A stretch of 64,000 nucleotides of DNA from an uncultured Bacteroidota bacterium. Its GTDB lineage: Bacteria > Bacteroidota > Ignavibacteria > UBA10030 > UBA6906. Positions within the stretch are counted from its first letter, which is position 1. Each line of letters begins with the position of its first letter. Under the pieces are notes generated by a model. The model had not been told where the DNA came from. It did not search any database and worked only from the letters and a program-made list of their open reading frames with translations. The translations under genes were made by a program, and so were the position numbers. Shown here one piece after another: positions 22,269-31,037 of the stretch. Location: positions 174,413 to 238,412 of the forward strand of contig CAVOYH010000002.1 of the NCBI GenBank assembly GCA_963700635.1. The letters are read 5' to 3'.

Positions 22269-22787
22269 CTACACGTCCGTTCTGCTCCTGTTCATGCCGT
22301 TGCCGGGTTTTCCCACCGTCTTCCTGCGGACGCCCGAAAAGAACCCCTTTAGTATCTCCGCGCACAGTTTCTCCTCAACACCTCCCACCAGCTCAACACG
22401 GTGATTAAGGCGGGCATCCTGGACGATGTTATACAGCGTGCCGCATGCACCCGCTTTCGGATCGTACGCCCCGAATACCAGAGTAGGGACACGTGCAAGG
22501 ACAATCGCTCCGGCACACATCGCACACGGTTCAAGGGTGACGTAGAGGACACAGTTTTCCAGACGCCGGCTTCCCAGATTTGTGGCAGCAGCCGTAATGG
22601 CAATCATTTCCGCGTGGGCTGTGGGATCCTGTAACGATTCAATCTGGTTGTATCCGCGTCCGACAATGCGGTTTTCGTGCACGATAACCGCCCCGATAGG
22701 GACCTCCTTCCGGCGTAAGGCCTGTTCGGCTTCACGGATGGCAAATGCCATCCATCGCTCATGCACGGTGCCGGACTTTCCTACCAT
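22269..22787 (-). CDS. tadA: tRNA adenosine(34) deaminase
   Basis: EVPIGAV, DPTAHAE, TLEPCAMC, DPKAGA. Confidence 0.93.
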   Translation of the reverse strand: MVGKSGTVHERWMAFAIREAEQALRRKEVPIGAVIVHENRIVGRGYNQIESLQDPTAHAEMIAITAAATNLGSRRLENCVLYVTLEPCAMCAGAIVLARVPTLVFGAYDPKAGACGTLYNIVQDARLNHRVELVGGVEEKLCAEILKGFFSGVRRKTVGKPGNGMNRSRTDV

Positions 22788-23290
22788 TGTTCCTCATGCA
22801 GGCGGGCGGGGTTGTACCGGTCCTCCGGACCTTTTGTCTCCCCGGGGATTCCAATGGGGAGAATACAGAAAGGAAGAATGTGTTCGGGAAGGGTGATAAC
22901 GTTTCGGACATCTGCTATGCGGGATTCCCGCGGATACACGCCCACCCATACACTGCCAAGCCCACAAGCATGTGCCGCGAGGAGCATGTTCTGTGCAGCT
23001 GCGGCACAATCCTGAGGCCAGTAGTCACGGTGCTTGACCAGGTTGATATCGGCACACACAAGAATGGCGACAGTGGCCTCCGCCACCATCTCCGCATACG
23101 GATGTGCCTTGCTGAGGGCTGACAGCGTCCGTGGTTCTCGTATGATCACAAAATGCCACGGCTGCTCGTTTCCCGCGGAAGGAGCTGCCATTCCAGCTTT
23201 TACCAGAGTACGGACGACGGCATCGTCAACCGCTCCGGGTTCGTACCGGCGTATGCTCCGCCGGCCGTGTATGGCATCGAAGAGTTTCAT
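22781..23290 (-). CDS. Nitroreductase family protein
   Basis: RRSIRRY, AAPSAGNEQPW, QNMLLAAH..GLGSVW. Confidence 0.93.
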   Translation of the reverse strand: MKLFDAIHGRRSIRRYEPGAVDDAVVRTLVKAGMAAPSAGNEQPWHFVIIREPRTLSALSKAHPYAEMVAEATVAILVCADINLVKHRDYWPQDCAAAAQNMLLAAHACGLGSVWVGVYPRESRIADVRNVITLPEHILPFCILPIGIPGETKGPEDRYNPARLHEEQW

Positions 23291-23296
23291 AGTTCA

Positions 23297-23325
23297 AGTA
23301 TACGGAAGAGAGCGGACGTTGTCAA
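23297..23325 (-). promoter_or_regulatory. Sigma70-type promoter for nitroreductase-tadA (probably leaderless)
   Basis: Minus strand reads TTGACA-17 nt-TATACT, then 6 nt, then the ATG at 23290. Confidence 0.8.
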
Positions 23326-23335
23326 TGTGAGTATA

Positions 23336-23364
23336 TTGCAGTCGAGGTGATTAAGCTGTATACT
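23336..23364 (+). promoter_or_regulatory. Putative sigma70-type promoter, divergent from the nitroreductase promoter
   Basis: TTGCAG-17 nt-TG-extended TATACT. Confidence 0.55.
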
Positions 23365-23415
23365 AATGCGTACACAGACATCGTTTCCCCCGTTTCAGAC
23401 ACGACGGACTCAGCC

Positions 23416-24495
23416 ATGATACCGAACTCGCGTAGCAACTTTCTTTTCCTGATTCTCTCCCTTGTGATCGCAGGTTGTGCAACCGCGCCTCTAACGTACC
23501 GTGATGGCCGGCCGCTTCCGCTACACCGAATGAACGCGGTGGATCATGGCGTGGTCCTCCGTCACGGTGTTGGGCCAGACAGCTGTGATGCTCTGGGTGC
23601 ACGCGACGTCTGGGTGTTCGATACCGACGACACATTTGTTATGCACTATGACGGAGCCGGTCCGCGTGGATGGCTGGCCATTCGTGCTCAAAGTAAGGAT
23701 CTGCTCCACTGGACGGTGGACGGTCCAGTTCTTGCATTTGGCAATGACGGAGAAGATGACTCAAGAAGTGCTACGTACGGGATAACGGCGTTCGACGGAC
23801 AGTCATGGCATATGTTTTACCTGGGTGCCCGCAGAACATCACCCGCGCCGGATTTCGTGCCGGACTTCCCCTACGTTACGATGAAAGCCCGTGCAGATTC
23901 GCCGCTGGGTCCCTGGTTCAAGCAGCCCGCGGTCATCCCGTTCCGGCCTCAACCGGATACGTATTATTCAAACACGGCAAGCCCGGGTCAGATCATCTTC
24001 TACAAGAATGAATATCTGCAGTTCTTCAGCGCATCAATTGGCGACCTGCCGGTCAAGCGAACGCTGGGCATAGCAAGGACAAAAGATCTTGACAGCGCCT
24101 GGGTGATTGATCCGGAACCGATTCTGCCGCTGGAAGAACAGATTGAGAATTCGGCCCTTTACTTCGAAGAATCAAACAAACTCTGGTTTCTCTTCACCAA
24201 TCATATCGGCTGGCAGGAAGGTCACGATGAGTACACGGATGCCATCTGGGTATACTGGTCACACGACCTGACCCGATGGAACCCGGCGCAGAAGGCGGTC
24301 GTGCTGGATGCGCGTAATTGTTCCTGGTCGAAACGAGTGATCGGGCTGCCGTCTGTTGTACGGTTTGGCTCCCGGTTGGCGGTATTCTATGATGGCGTGG
24401 AGGGTACGGGGACGAGTCACATGCGGCGGGATATCGGGCTGGCCTGGCTCCGACTTCCTCTTCTCCCGCCGGTTCCGTTTGCGCCGGAACGGTAA
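23416..24495 (+). CDS. Lipoprotein with a predicted five-bladed beta-propeller glycoside hydrolase-like fold
   Basis: Lipobox IAGC; repeated blade motifs (MHYDG, MFYLG, QFFSA, VFYDG; IGLAW at the end). Family assignment is not resolved. Confidence 0.6.
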   Translation: MIPNSRSNFLFLILSLVIAGCATAPLTYRDGRPLPLHRMNAVDHGVVLRHGVGPDSCDALGARDVWVFDTDDTFVMHYDGAGPRGWLAIRAQSKDLLHWTVDGPVLAFGNDGEDDSRSATYGITAFDGQSWHMFYLGARRTSPAPDFVPDFPYVTMKARADSPLGPWFKQPAVIPFRPQPDTYYSNTASPGQIIFYKNEYLQFFSASIGDLPVKRTLGIARTKDLDSAWVIDPEPILPLEEQIENSALYFEESNKLWFLFTNHIGWQEGHDEYTDAIWVYWSHDLTRWNPAQKAVVLDARNCSWSKRVIGLPSVVRFGSRLAVFYDGVEGTGTSHMRRDIGLAWLRLPLLPPVPFAPER

Positions 24496-24501
24496 AACGT
24501 C

Positions 24502-24729
24502 TCAGGCCTTGATATCTATTCCTTTGTTGCCAACGGGGGCCACAGAGTGACCGGCATTGTTGTATCCCGCCTCCTGGATCTGTTTTGCCTGCTCCATCAA
24601 CAGCGCAACAAGTTGCTGGTCCTGCTGCATTCGCATCTTGATGAGCTTTACCCCCAACTCCTGGCTTGTACGTTCTGCCTGCATATTCACCAATGTTGCG
24701 GCCGTCTGAACGGTTAGATCGTCTGCCAT
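24502..24729 (-). CDS. Small YjfB-like ('putative motility') protein
   Basis: 75 aa with a strong AGGAGG SD; helical N-terminus (ELGVKLIKM..QQDQQ....LL) and G..IDIKA C-terminus resembling YjfB. Confidence 0.6.
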   Translation of the reverse strand: MADDLTVQTAATLVNMQAERTSQELGVKLIKMRMQQDQQLVALLMEQAKQIQEAGYNNAGHSVAPVGNKGIDIKA

Positions 24730-24740
24730 GTGGGCCTCCT

Positions 24741-27700
24741 CTATTTTAAGATCAACATTTTTCGAGTTAACACAAACGGGTCAACGGGCGGTGCCGGTTG
24801 GCCGCTGCCCGAGCCCAGTGACCGTGCCGTGATCCTGTAGAAATACACACCGCTGGGAAGATCAGAACCATCAAGGGTATGTTCGTAGCGTCCGGCTTTT
24901 TGTGTCATGCTGACGAGTTCCCGGACTTTCTGCCCCAGAAGATTGTGAAGGGTCAGGATCACTTCTGCCTCGGCCGGCAGGTCGTACCGGATGACCGTCG
25001 AGGGGTTCGCCGGGTTCGGGAAGTTCTGGAACAGATCGTACAAAACCGGCGCGGACATCACTGTGGCGCTCCATACCGGTGACCACTGTGTGGTCCAGTC
25101 GTTGTTCTTCGCCCGAAGTCTCCAGTAATATGTGCGGGAATACTCCAGAGGCCCTACCCGCTGCACGGTATCTGTCAGAGTCGAGTCGTTGTAGACCGTA
25201 GATGAAAACGGGGCATCGAGCGAGACCTGCAGATGGTATGACCGGGCGTATGGCGTGGTTTTCCACGTGAACCGGATATAGGGTAATTGTCCGGAAGAAG
25301 CGCTCACAGGGTCAACCGGCACCGGAATGTCCGGAGGTGCGGCGACGGTGGTGAAAGACCAGACCGGTGAGAAAACGCTCGCCCCGCGTGAGTTCCAGGC
25401 ACGGACACGCCAGAAGTATCGGGTGTCACATTCCAGTCCGGAAACGGTGACCACTGTGTCTGGTATGCCCGACTGATCATAGATCGTGGAATCGAATGGG
25501 GAATCGGTGGCAATCTGAAGTTGATACCCGTCGGCCAACCGGCTGGATTTCCACCGGAACATTTGCGTGTTGGGAACGGAAGCCAGGCCACTTCCGGGGG
25601 TCTGCTGCACTGGTGCCGGAGGTGGAACGAGGCGCGTCACGAACAGACGGGGTGTTGAATACGCGCCAGCCCCTTTAGCATCAATCGCCTTCACACGCCA
25701 GTAGTATGCTGTGAAGGGCTCGAGACCCGTCAGGTCCAGGCTGTTTGCCGGTATTGTTGAGTCACGAAGCACGGCCACCTGAAACAAAGGGTCCTTCGCC
25801 AGCTCCAGTATGTAGGATGTCGCGCCGGGAGATGCCGTCCAACGAAGAGTCACGGCGACGTCCACATCGATGGCGGAATCGGGCGGTGCAACCGGAACAG
25901 GTGTTGCAAGACTCGTAGTATAGCTCCATGCCGGGGAATAGGCGCTCCACCCACCGTCGTTTCCGCTTCTCACCCGCCACCAGTGACGTGTGTATGCCTG
26001 GAGCCCCGGGGGGTTGTAGGTTGTATCTGTAAGAGTGGAATCATTCACGAGCCTCAGCGTAAACAAAGAGTCTGTTGAAACCTGGATGTGATAACGAACC
26101 GCCCGGGCAGCGGCGCACCATGCGAGTGCTCGCGCTGCGGCTTCGCCTTCCGATGTGTTTACGGGAACAACCAGGAGCGGTGCCGGAGGTGGTTCCACAA
26201 CTGTCGTAAAACGCAGGATGGATGACGTGGCACTATGGGACGTTCCATCGGCAGTTCTCGCCTGCACGCGACAGTAGTAAACGGACAGATATGCCAGTCC
26301 GGACACAACCCTGCTTGTGGTCGTGATGCCGGAATCGTCCAGCACCGGCGTGTGCAACAACGAATCCGGAGAGAGGATGAGCCGGTATCGTTCCGCCCCC
26401 TGGCTGGCCGACCAACGTATACTCAGCGTCAAGGGTTGGAGGATCGCATTGGCAGCGGGACTGATCCATTGCGGCGTAGCCAGTACCGTCAGAAACGTAT
26501 TCCCTGCAGACCAGGGACTTCCCCCCCCGGCATTCTCGGCCTGGACGCGCCAATGATATCGGGTGAAGTGGTCGGGCAGAGTCGCCTTGTATGATGTATC
26601 CACCAGCGTAGAGTCTTCAAACATCACAAGTGTGAATAGGGAGTCTTCTGAAATTTGCAGCCGGTAGCGTACAGCACGGGCAGCATGCTGCCAGGACAGG
26701 ACGGGAGTCAAAGGCATGTTTGGCGCCCCGGATACAGGTCCGGCAAGCACAGGCATCGCTGGAGGATCGGGCACGGTCGTAAACCGACTCACCGTACTCC
26801 ATGATCCGGTGCTGATGCCCCCGGCATCGCGCGCGCGGACCCGCCAGTAATACGTGGAGGATCGCAACAACCCGGAAATCGTGCGACTCGAGTCAACAAG
26901 TGTTGAGTCGTCAAATGTGCGAATGGTGAAGAGGGAGTCGAGTGAAAGCTGAACCCGATACGTTCCCGCATTGGCAACCGAAGTCCAGACGAACCGTAGG
27001 GTTACAGGTTGATCAATCATGTCCGATGCAGGCGCGATTGGCAGCGGCGTTGCGATGACTGTGGTAAAACTCCACGGCGCCGTGTACGTACTCGCCCCGC
27101 TCGGGTTCACACTTCGTACACGCCAGAAATACCGGGTAGATCCGTTCAGTCGACCTGTTTGGAACGACGATTGTATGATGGTCGAATCATTGACAATCAA
27201 GAGCGCGAACATACTGTCTGTGGACACCTGAACGTGGTATGCTGACGCCCCGGTGGCACCAGCCCAGCTCAGCGTCACCTCAAGCGGTGTATTGGCGGTG
27301 CCGTTGTGAGGAAGTGAAAGTGCCGGTAGCGTCGGGATGCTTATCCTGGTCGTAAAACTCCACACGGCGGAGGATTGTGCACCACCCGCATTAAGCGCCG
27401 TCACCTGCCAGTAGAATCGAGAGCCATACGGAATGGTTCCGACACTCTTCCGGGGTTCCGTTGTTACGGTGTCATACAGGACGGAAACAAAATCCGGTGT
27501 CGGGGAGATCCGTACCCGGTACGTCGTGGCCCCGGCCGTGGCCCCCCATGTCAACATCACCGGTAAAGCGAGGTCGGTCTGCCCGTCAGCCGGAGCAATC
27601 TGCAAAGGCACTGCCGGAGGCGGAACCGTAACAGTGAAGCGCCGGATCACGGAGTAGGCGCTCGGACCGTTGCCATTCGAGGCGCTCACCCGCCAGTAAT

Positions 27701-30587
27701 ATGTGGCGCTGTATGCAAGCGAGGCCACGACGTGGTTTGTTGACGTGAGCGTCGGGAAGTCGTACAGTACGGTTCCAAAGAGAGAGTCTGCGGCCACCTG
27801 GAGTCTGTAGGAGCTTGCACCGAGGGTGGGCTGCCAGATAAAGGTAACCGAGGGAGGCAGGTCGGTTGCTGCCGGCGGTGGCGCGACAAGCTGCGGCACT
27901 GCGGGAATGGTCACCACAGTACTGAACTGCCTGATCGGAGAATTCGTGATGCCGTTGCTGTCGCTCCGGGCTGAGACCTGCCAGAAGTATCGCGTACTTA
28001 CGGAGAGAGAGTTCACACGTGCTGAATTCGTAACCAGGGCCGAGTCGGAATAGACAACTGCAGCAAACGCCGTATCGAGTGCGACACGCAAAAGGTAGGT
28101 TCTGGCGCCACTAACCGGAGCCCATGAAAAACTGATGTTCGTCGCCGGGTGGTCACCTGATCCGTCTGCCGGACTCAGCAGGACAGGGTCAGCGATCCGG
28201 GTGGTAAAATTGAACGGGAGTGTGTAGGAGCTGCTGTCGAGTCGGTTGAGCCCTTTCACGCGCCAGTAATAGGCGGTGTTGTGCTCGAGATTCCTACGGA
28301 GCGTCAATGCCGAATCGACAACACCGGTGGTGTCCAACACGGTGGTCGGAAAGTACGAATCGGCGGAGACCTGTACCCGGTACCACTCCGTCGCATTGGA
28401 TGAAGACCATCGCACCGTCGGAGTAGTGGATTGGGCCATACTGCGGCTGGCCGGATCCTTCAAGACGGGCACCGGGGGCGTCTGGAGCATTGTCCTGAAC
28501 GACCATGGTGGGGAATAGGGGCTGCTCGCCGTGTTGGAGGCGTTCGTGGCAAGGACCCTCCAGAAGAAGCGTGTATTACCCGACAACGGTCCGACCTGAA
28601 AAGAGGTCCCGACGATTGGTGTCCTCTCAAATTCGACTCCCGCAAAAAGCGAGTCACGAGCGACCTGGATTTTGTAGAATGCTGCGCCGGATGACTGGTT
28701 CCATTGAAGCAGGGGAGTGAATCCAAGATCAACGGTTCCCTCCGGCGGCCAGAGCAGCGACGGGGCCGCGGGTGTGTCGATGCGAGTGGTGAAACTCCGG
28801 ATTTCAGACCAGAGACTTGTGGATGTCCCGGCCGAATTACGGGCGTTTAATCTCCAGTAATAGGTCCGGCTGCTGTTGAGCGGACCCACCTGCCTGGAGG
28901 TAGTGGCTATCCCCGCATCGTCAAATACCACGGTGCTCGGAAACGTTGGATCCTCAGATACCTGAAGTCGGTACGATGTTCCTCCGGGAGAAGAGAACCA
29001 GGACAACACAGGGTTTACCGGTTGCCCGATTGCTCCGGAGGCGGGGGCGTTCAGGAGAGGGGCGACAATCTTCGTCCGGAATGTCCAGGCAGAGGTCGGG
29101 AATATACTCGAATCCCCGTTCTCGTTGCGGGCACTGACCCTCCAGTAGTACAGAGTATCGTTTCCGAGTGGCCCCACGGCGAGGGATTCTGCATTAGCGA
29201 ACGCTGAGGCAATCAGTGCTGTAAACTGGGTATTCTTTGAGACCTGGACTCGATATGTCGCGGCGGTAGGCACTGAACTCCAGCGCAGAACCGGTGTAAC
29301 AGATTGATCCAGTGCTCCGGTTGCCGGAGCGACGATCGACGGCGGCAACAGACGCGTCGTCAGGACCCTTGCGGGAGAAAACGGACTAGTGGCGGCGACG
29401 TTTTTTGCCCGCACACGCCAGAAGTACTGACTCCCCGTCAACAACCCCGCCACCTGCTTCGAGGTGGTGGTGATGCTTGAGTCATCAAACACCAGAGTGG
29501 TAAACGCCGGGTCCGAAGCGACCTGCAGACGATATGTCGCGGCATCGGGAACCGCGATCCACGAAAATGTCGTCGGGCTGACCGGCTGACTCTTTGCGCT
29601 GTCAGCCGGCGCGAGAAGTACTGGTTCAGACGCACCGCTGACGATCGTCGTAAAATTCCAGGCGGTTGTGGGGTAAGCACTTGTGTCACCCCGTTCATTC
29701 CGCCCGGACACTCGCCAGTAGTACTTGGTTTTGTTTGCGAGCGGTCCGACATTTAACGATTCTGACAGTGATGTCGTGTTGAGAACCATTGTGGAGAATG
29801 ATGTGGCAGTTGATACCTGTACCCGGTATGAGTCTGCCCCGGGTATGGACGACCAGGATAACAGCGGCGTGATGGCAATACTCGTCGCGTTGTTCGCGGG
29901 TGATACAATAGCCGGGGGGGCGAGCCTGGTTGTAAAACGCCTGGCCGCTGTGTACGCTGACGAGCCCGCTACATTCTTTGCGCCGAGCCGCCAGTAGTAC
30001 TCTGCGCCAAAGGCGAGGCCGCTTATCTGTTTGCTTACGCCGGTGAGCGTCGAATCGTTGACCACCAGCGAAACGAATGCCGGATCCGTCGCAATCTGCA
30101 GGCGGTAGGAAGCTGCATCCGGGACGGCACCCCATGAAAATGTTGTCGGATTTACTGACTGGCTTCCTGCGTTGTCAACCGGCGCGACGAGGGAAGGGAC
30201 GGCGGGCGTGTCCACAATTGTCGTAAAATTCCGCACTGACGACCACACGCTGGAGTCGGCATTCTGCCGTGTATGGACGCGCCAGTAGTATTTCGTCTTG
30301 TGGGCCAAGCCCGACACCGGGAGAAAGAGCGTCGGGTCGTCCGATTGTGCCTCGAGAAGCGTGTCCAGAAACATGGAACTGGCGGGGAATGTCAGCGACG
30401 TGGACAACTGGACCCGGTACCCGGTGGCTGCCGGATCAGCGATCCAACTCAGTATCAAGGGAATCGACTGGTTCGTTGCTCCGGTTGCCGGAGCGGCAAG
30501 AACCGGGGGATCAATAGCCCAGAGTGCTGATGTCCCGAAAACAACCAGGAACGTGAGGGTGGCAATCCGGGTGCGTATGTTGATCAT
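24741..30587 (-). CDS. Large secreted protein of 19 tandem fibronectin-III-like repeats with a T9SS type-A C-terminal sorting domain
   Basis: Signal peptide from ATG 30587; 19 repeats of about 95-100 aa (P.L..P...L.W....A..YRLQ.S.D..F...Y.WRV.A....WS....FTT); C-terminal LFQNFPNP.NPST.I.Y.L...LGQ.V..L...LPSGVYFYR...KMLILK. Confidence 0.88.
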   Translation of the reverse strand: MINIRTRIATLTFLVVFGTSALWAIDPPVLAAPATGATNQSIPLILSWIADPAATGYRVQLSTSLTFPASSMFLDTLLEAQSDDPTLFLPVSGLAHKTKYYWRVHTRQNADSSVWSSVRNFTTIVDTPAVPSLVAPVDNAGSQSVNPTTFSWGAVPDAASYRLQIATDPAFVSLVVNDSTLTGVSKQISGLAFGAEYYWRLGAKNVAGSSAYTAARRFTTRLAPPAIVSPANNATSIAITPLLSWSSIPGADSYRVQVSTATSFSTMVLNTTSLSESLNVGPLANKTKYYWRVSGRNERGDTSAYPTTAWNFTTIVSGASEPVLLAPADSAKSQPVSPTTFSWIAVPDAATYRLQVASDPAFTTLVFDDSSITTTSKQVAGLLTGSQYFWRVRAKNVAATSPFSPARVLTTRLLPPSIVAPATGALDQSVTPVLRWSSVPTAATYRVQVSKNTQFTALIASAFANAESLAVGPLGNDTLYYWRVSARNENGDSSIFPTSAWTFRTKIVAPLLNAPASGAIGQPVNPVLSWFSSPGGTSYRLQVSEDPTFPSTVVFDDAGIATTSRQVGPLNSSRTYYWRLNARNSAGTSTSLWSEIRSFTTRIDTPAAPSLLWPPEGTVDLGFTPLLQWNQSSGAAFYKIQVARDSLFAGVEFERTPIVGTSFQVGPLSGNTRFFWRVLATNASNTASSPYSPPWSFRTMLQTPPVPVLKDPASRSMAQSTTPTVRWSSSNATEWYRVQVSADSYFPTTVLDTTGVVDSALTLRRNLEHNTAYYWRVKGLNRLDSSSYTLPFNFTTRIADPVLLSPADGSGDHPATNISFSWAPVSGARTYLLRVALDTAFAAVVYSDSALVTNSARVNSLSVSTRYFWQVSARSDSNGITNSPIRQFSTVVTIPAVPQLVAPPPAATDLPPSVTFIWQPTLGASSYRLQVAADSLFGTVLYDFPTLTSTNHVVASLAYSATYYWRVSASNGNGPSAYSVIRRFTVTVPPPAVPLQIAPADGQTDLALPVMLTWGATAGATTYRVRISPTPDFVSVLYDTVTTEPRKSVGTIPYGSRFYWQVTALNAGGAQSSAVWSFTTRISIPTLPALSLPHNGTANTPLEVTLSWAGATGASAYHVQVSTDSMFALLIVNDSTIIQSSFQTGRLNGSTRYFWRVRSVNPSGASTYTAPWSFTTVIATPLPIAPASDMIDQPVTLRFVWTSVANAGTYRVQLSLDSLFTIRTFDDSTLVDSSRTISGLLRSSTYYWRVRARDAGGISTGSWSTVSRFTTVPDPPAMPVLAGPVSGAPNMPLTPVLSWQHAARAVRYRLQISEDSLFTLVMFEDSTLVDTSYKATLPDHFTRYHWRVQAENAGGGSPWSAGNTFLTVLATPQWISPAANAILQPLTLSIRWSASQGAERYRLILSPDSLLHTPVLDDSGITTTSRVVSGLAYLSVYYCRVQARTADGTSHSATSSILRFTTVVEPPPAPLLVVPVNTSEGEAAARALAWCAAARAVRYHIQVSTDSLFTLRLVNDSTLTDTTYNPPGLQAYTRHWWRVRSGNDGGWSAYSPAWSYTTSLATPVPVAPPDSAIDVDVAVTLRWTASPGATSYILELAKDPLFQVAVLRDSTIPANSLDLTGLEPFTAYYWRVKAIDAKGAGAYSTPRLFVTRLVPPPAPVQQTPGSGLASVPNTQMFRWKSSRLADGYQLQIATDSPFDSTIYDQSGIPDTVVTVSGLECDTRYFWRVRAWNSRGASVFSPVWSFTTVAAPPDIPVPVDPVSASSGQLPYIRFTWKTTPYARSYHLQVSLDAPFSSTVYNDSTLTDTVQRVGPLEYSRTYYWRLRAKNNDWTTQWSPVWSATVMSAPVLYDLFQNFPNPANPSTVIRYDLPAEAEVILTLHNLLGQKVRELVSMTQKAGRYEHTLDGSDLPSGVYFYRITARSLGSGSGQPAPPVDPFVLTRKMLILK

Positions 30588-30721
30588 TGCATACATTTCC
30601 GAGGATATTTGAACATGCGCTATGCCAATACCCGGCCTGGCTTTCCCGGTCAACCAGGTCGTTTTTCCCGATCGGGATGGGGATTCAGGGCCAATATTCT
30701 CCACCTGGCTCTTGAGAGGAG

Positions 30722-30750
30722 TTGACTTTAAGGAACCTCTCAGGTATATT
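30722..30750 (+). promoter_or_regulatory. Sigma70-type promoter for the cobalamin riboswitch-btu unit
   Basis: TTGACT-17 nt-TATATT, about 22 nt upstream of riboswitch P1. Confidence 0.75.
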
Positions 30751-30771
30751 GGTGTAAGTTCATTTGCATAA

Positions 30772-30945
30772 ATGGTGCCGGCGTAGGGAATTCCGTCAAA
30801 ACGGAAGCTGCCCCGCAACTGTAGGTGATAATGGGCGTGCGTGTCACTGACCGATCCAGGGTCGGGAAGACACCGCGGTTCCCCCAGTCACAAGCCAGGA
30901 AACCTGCCGGCGCCAAGTCCAAACAAGACCTTCGCGGGAAGGGAC
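30772..30945 (+). ncRNA. Cobalamin (B12) riboswitch
   Basis: AGGGAA, hairpin TTCCGT-CAAA-ACGGAA, GCCCCGCAACTGT, GTCACTG...GGGAAG, B12-box AAGCCAGGAAACCTGCC, P1 TGGTGCCGGC/GCCGGCGCCA. Downstream hairpin CCTTC-GCGG-GAAGG (30929-30942) has a loop complementary to CCGC. Lies upstream of a TonB-dependent receptor. Confidence 0.93.
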
Positions 30946-30984
30946 CGGACACTTGCATGGGGTTTCCACGAAACCAGTGCAGCT

Positions 30985-31019
30985 GGCCTCTTACTTCGAG
31001 TCGAAGGGAGAGGCCTTTT
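30985..31019 (+). terminator. Intrinsic terminator-like hairpin in the riboswitch expression platform
   Basis: GGCCTCT-tac-TTCGA-g-TCGAA-ggg-AGAGGCC followed by TTTT. Confidence 0.7.
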
Positions 31020-31037
31020 CACTTGGTAACAGAACGG

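Noticed and set aside
24741-30587. Diversity-generating retroelement or DNA-level tandem repeat in the FN3 gene
   Set aside because: Repeats are diverged at DNA level, no adenine-specific template/variable pair was seen, and no reverse transcriptase is nearby.
30588-31037. N-terminal extensions of the FN3 giant (to 30818) and btuB (from 30825) in the ORF track
   Set aside because: They run through the promoter and riboswitch; signal peptides begin at 30587 and 31038.
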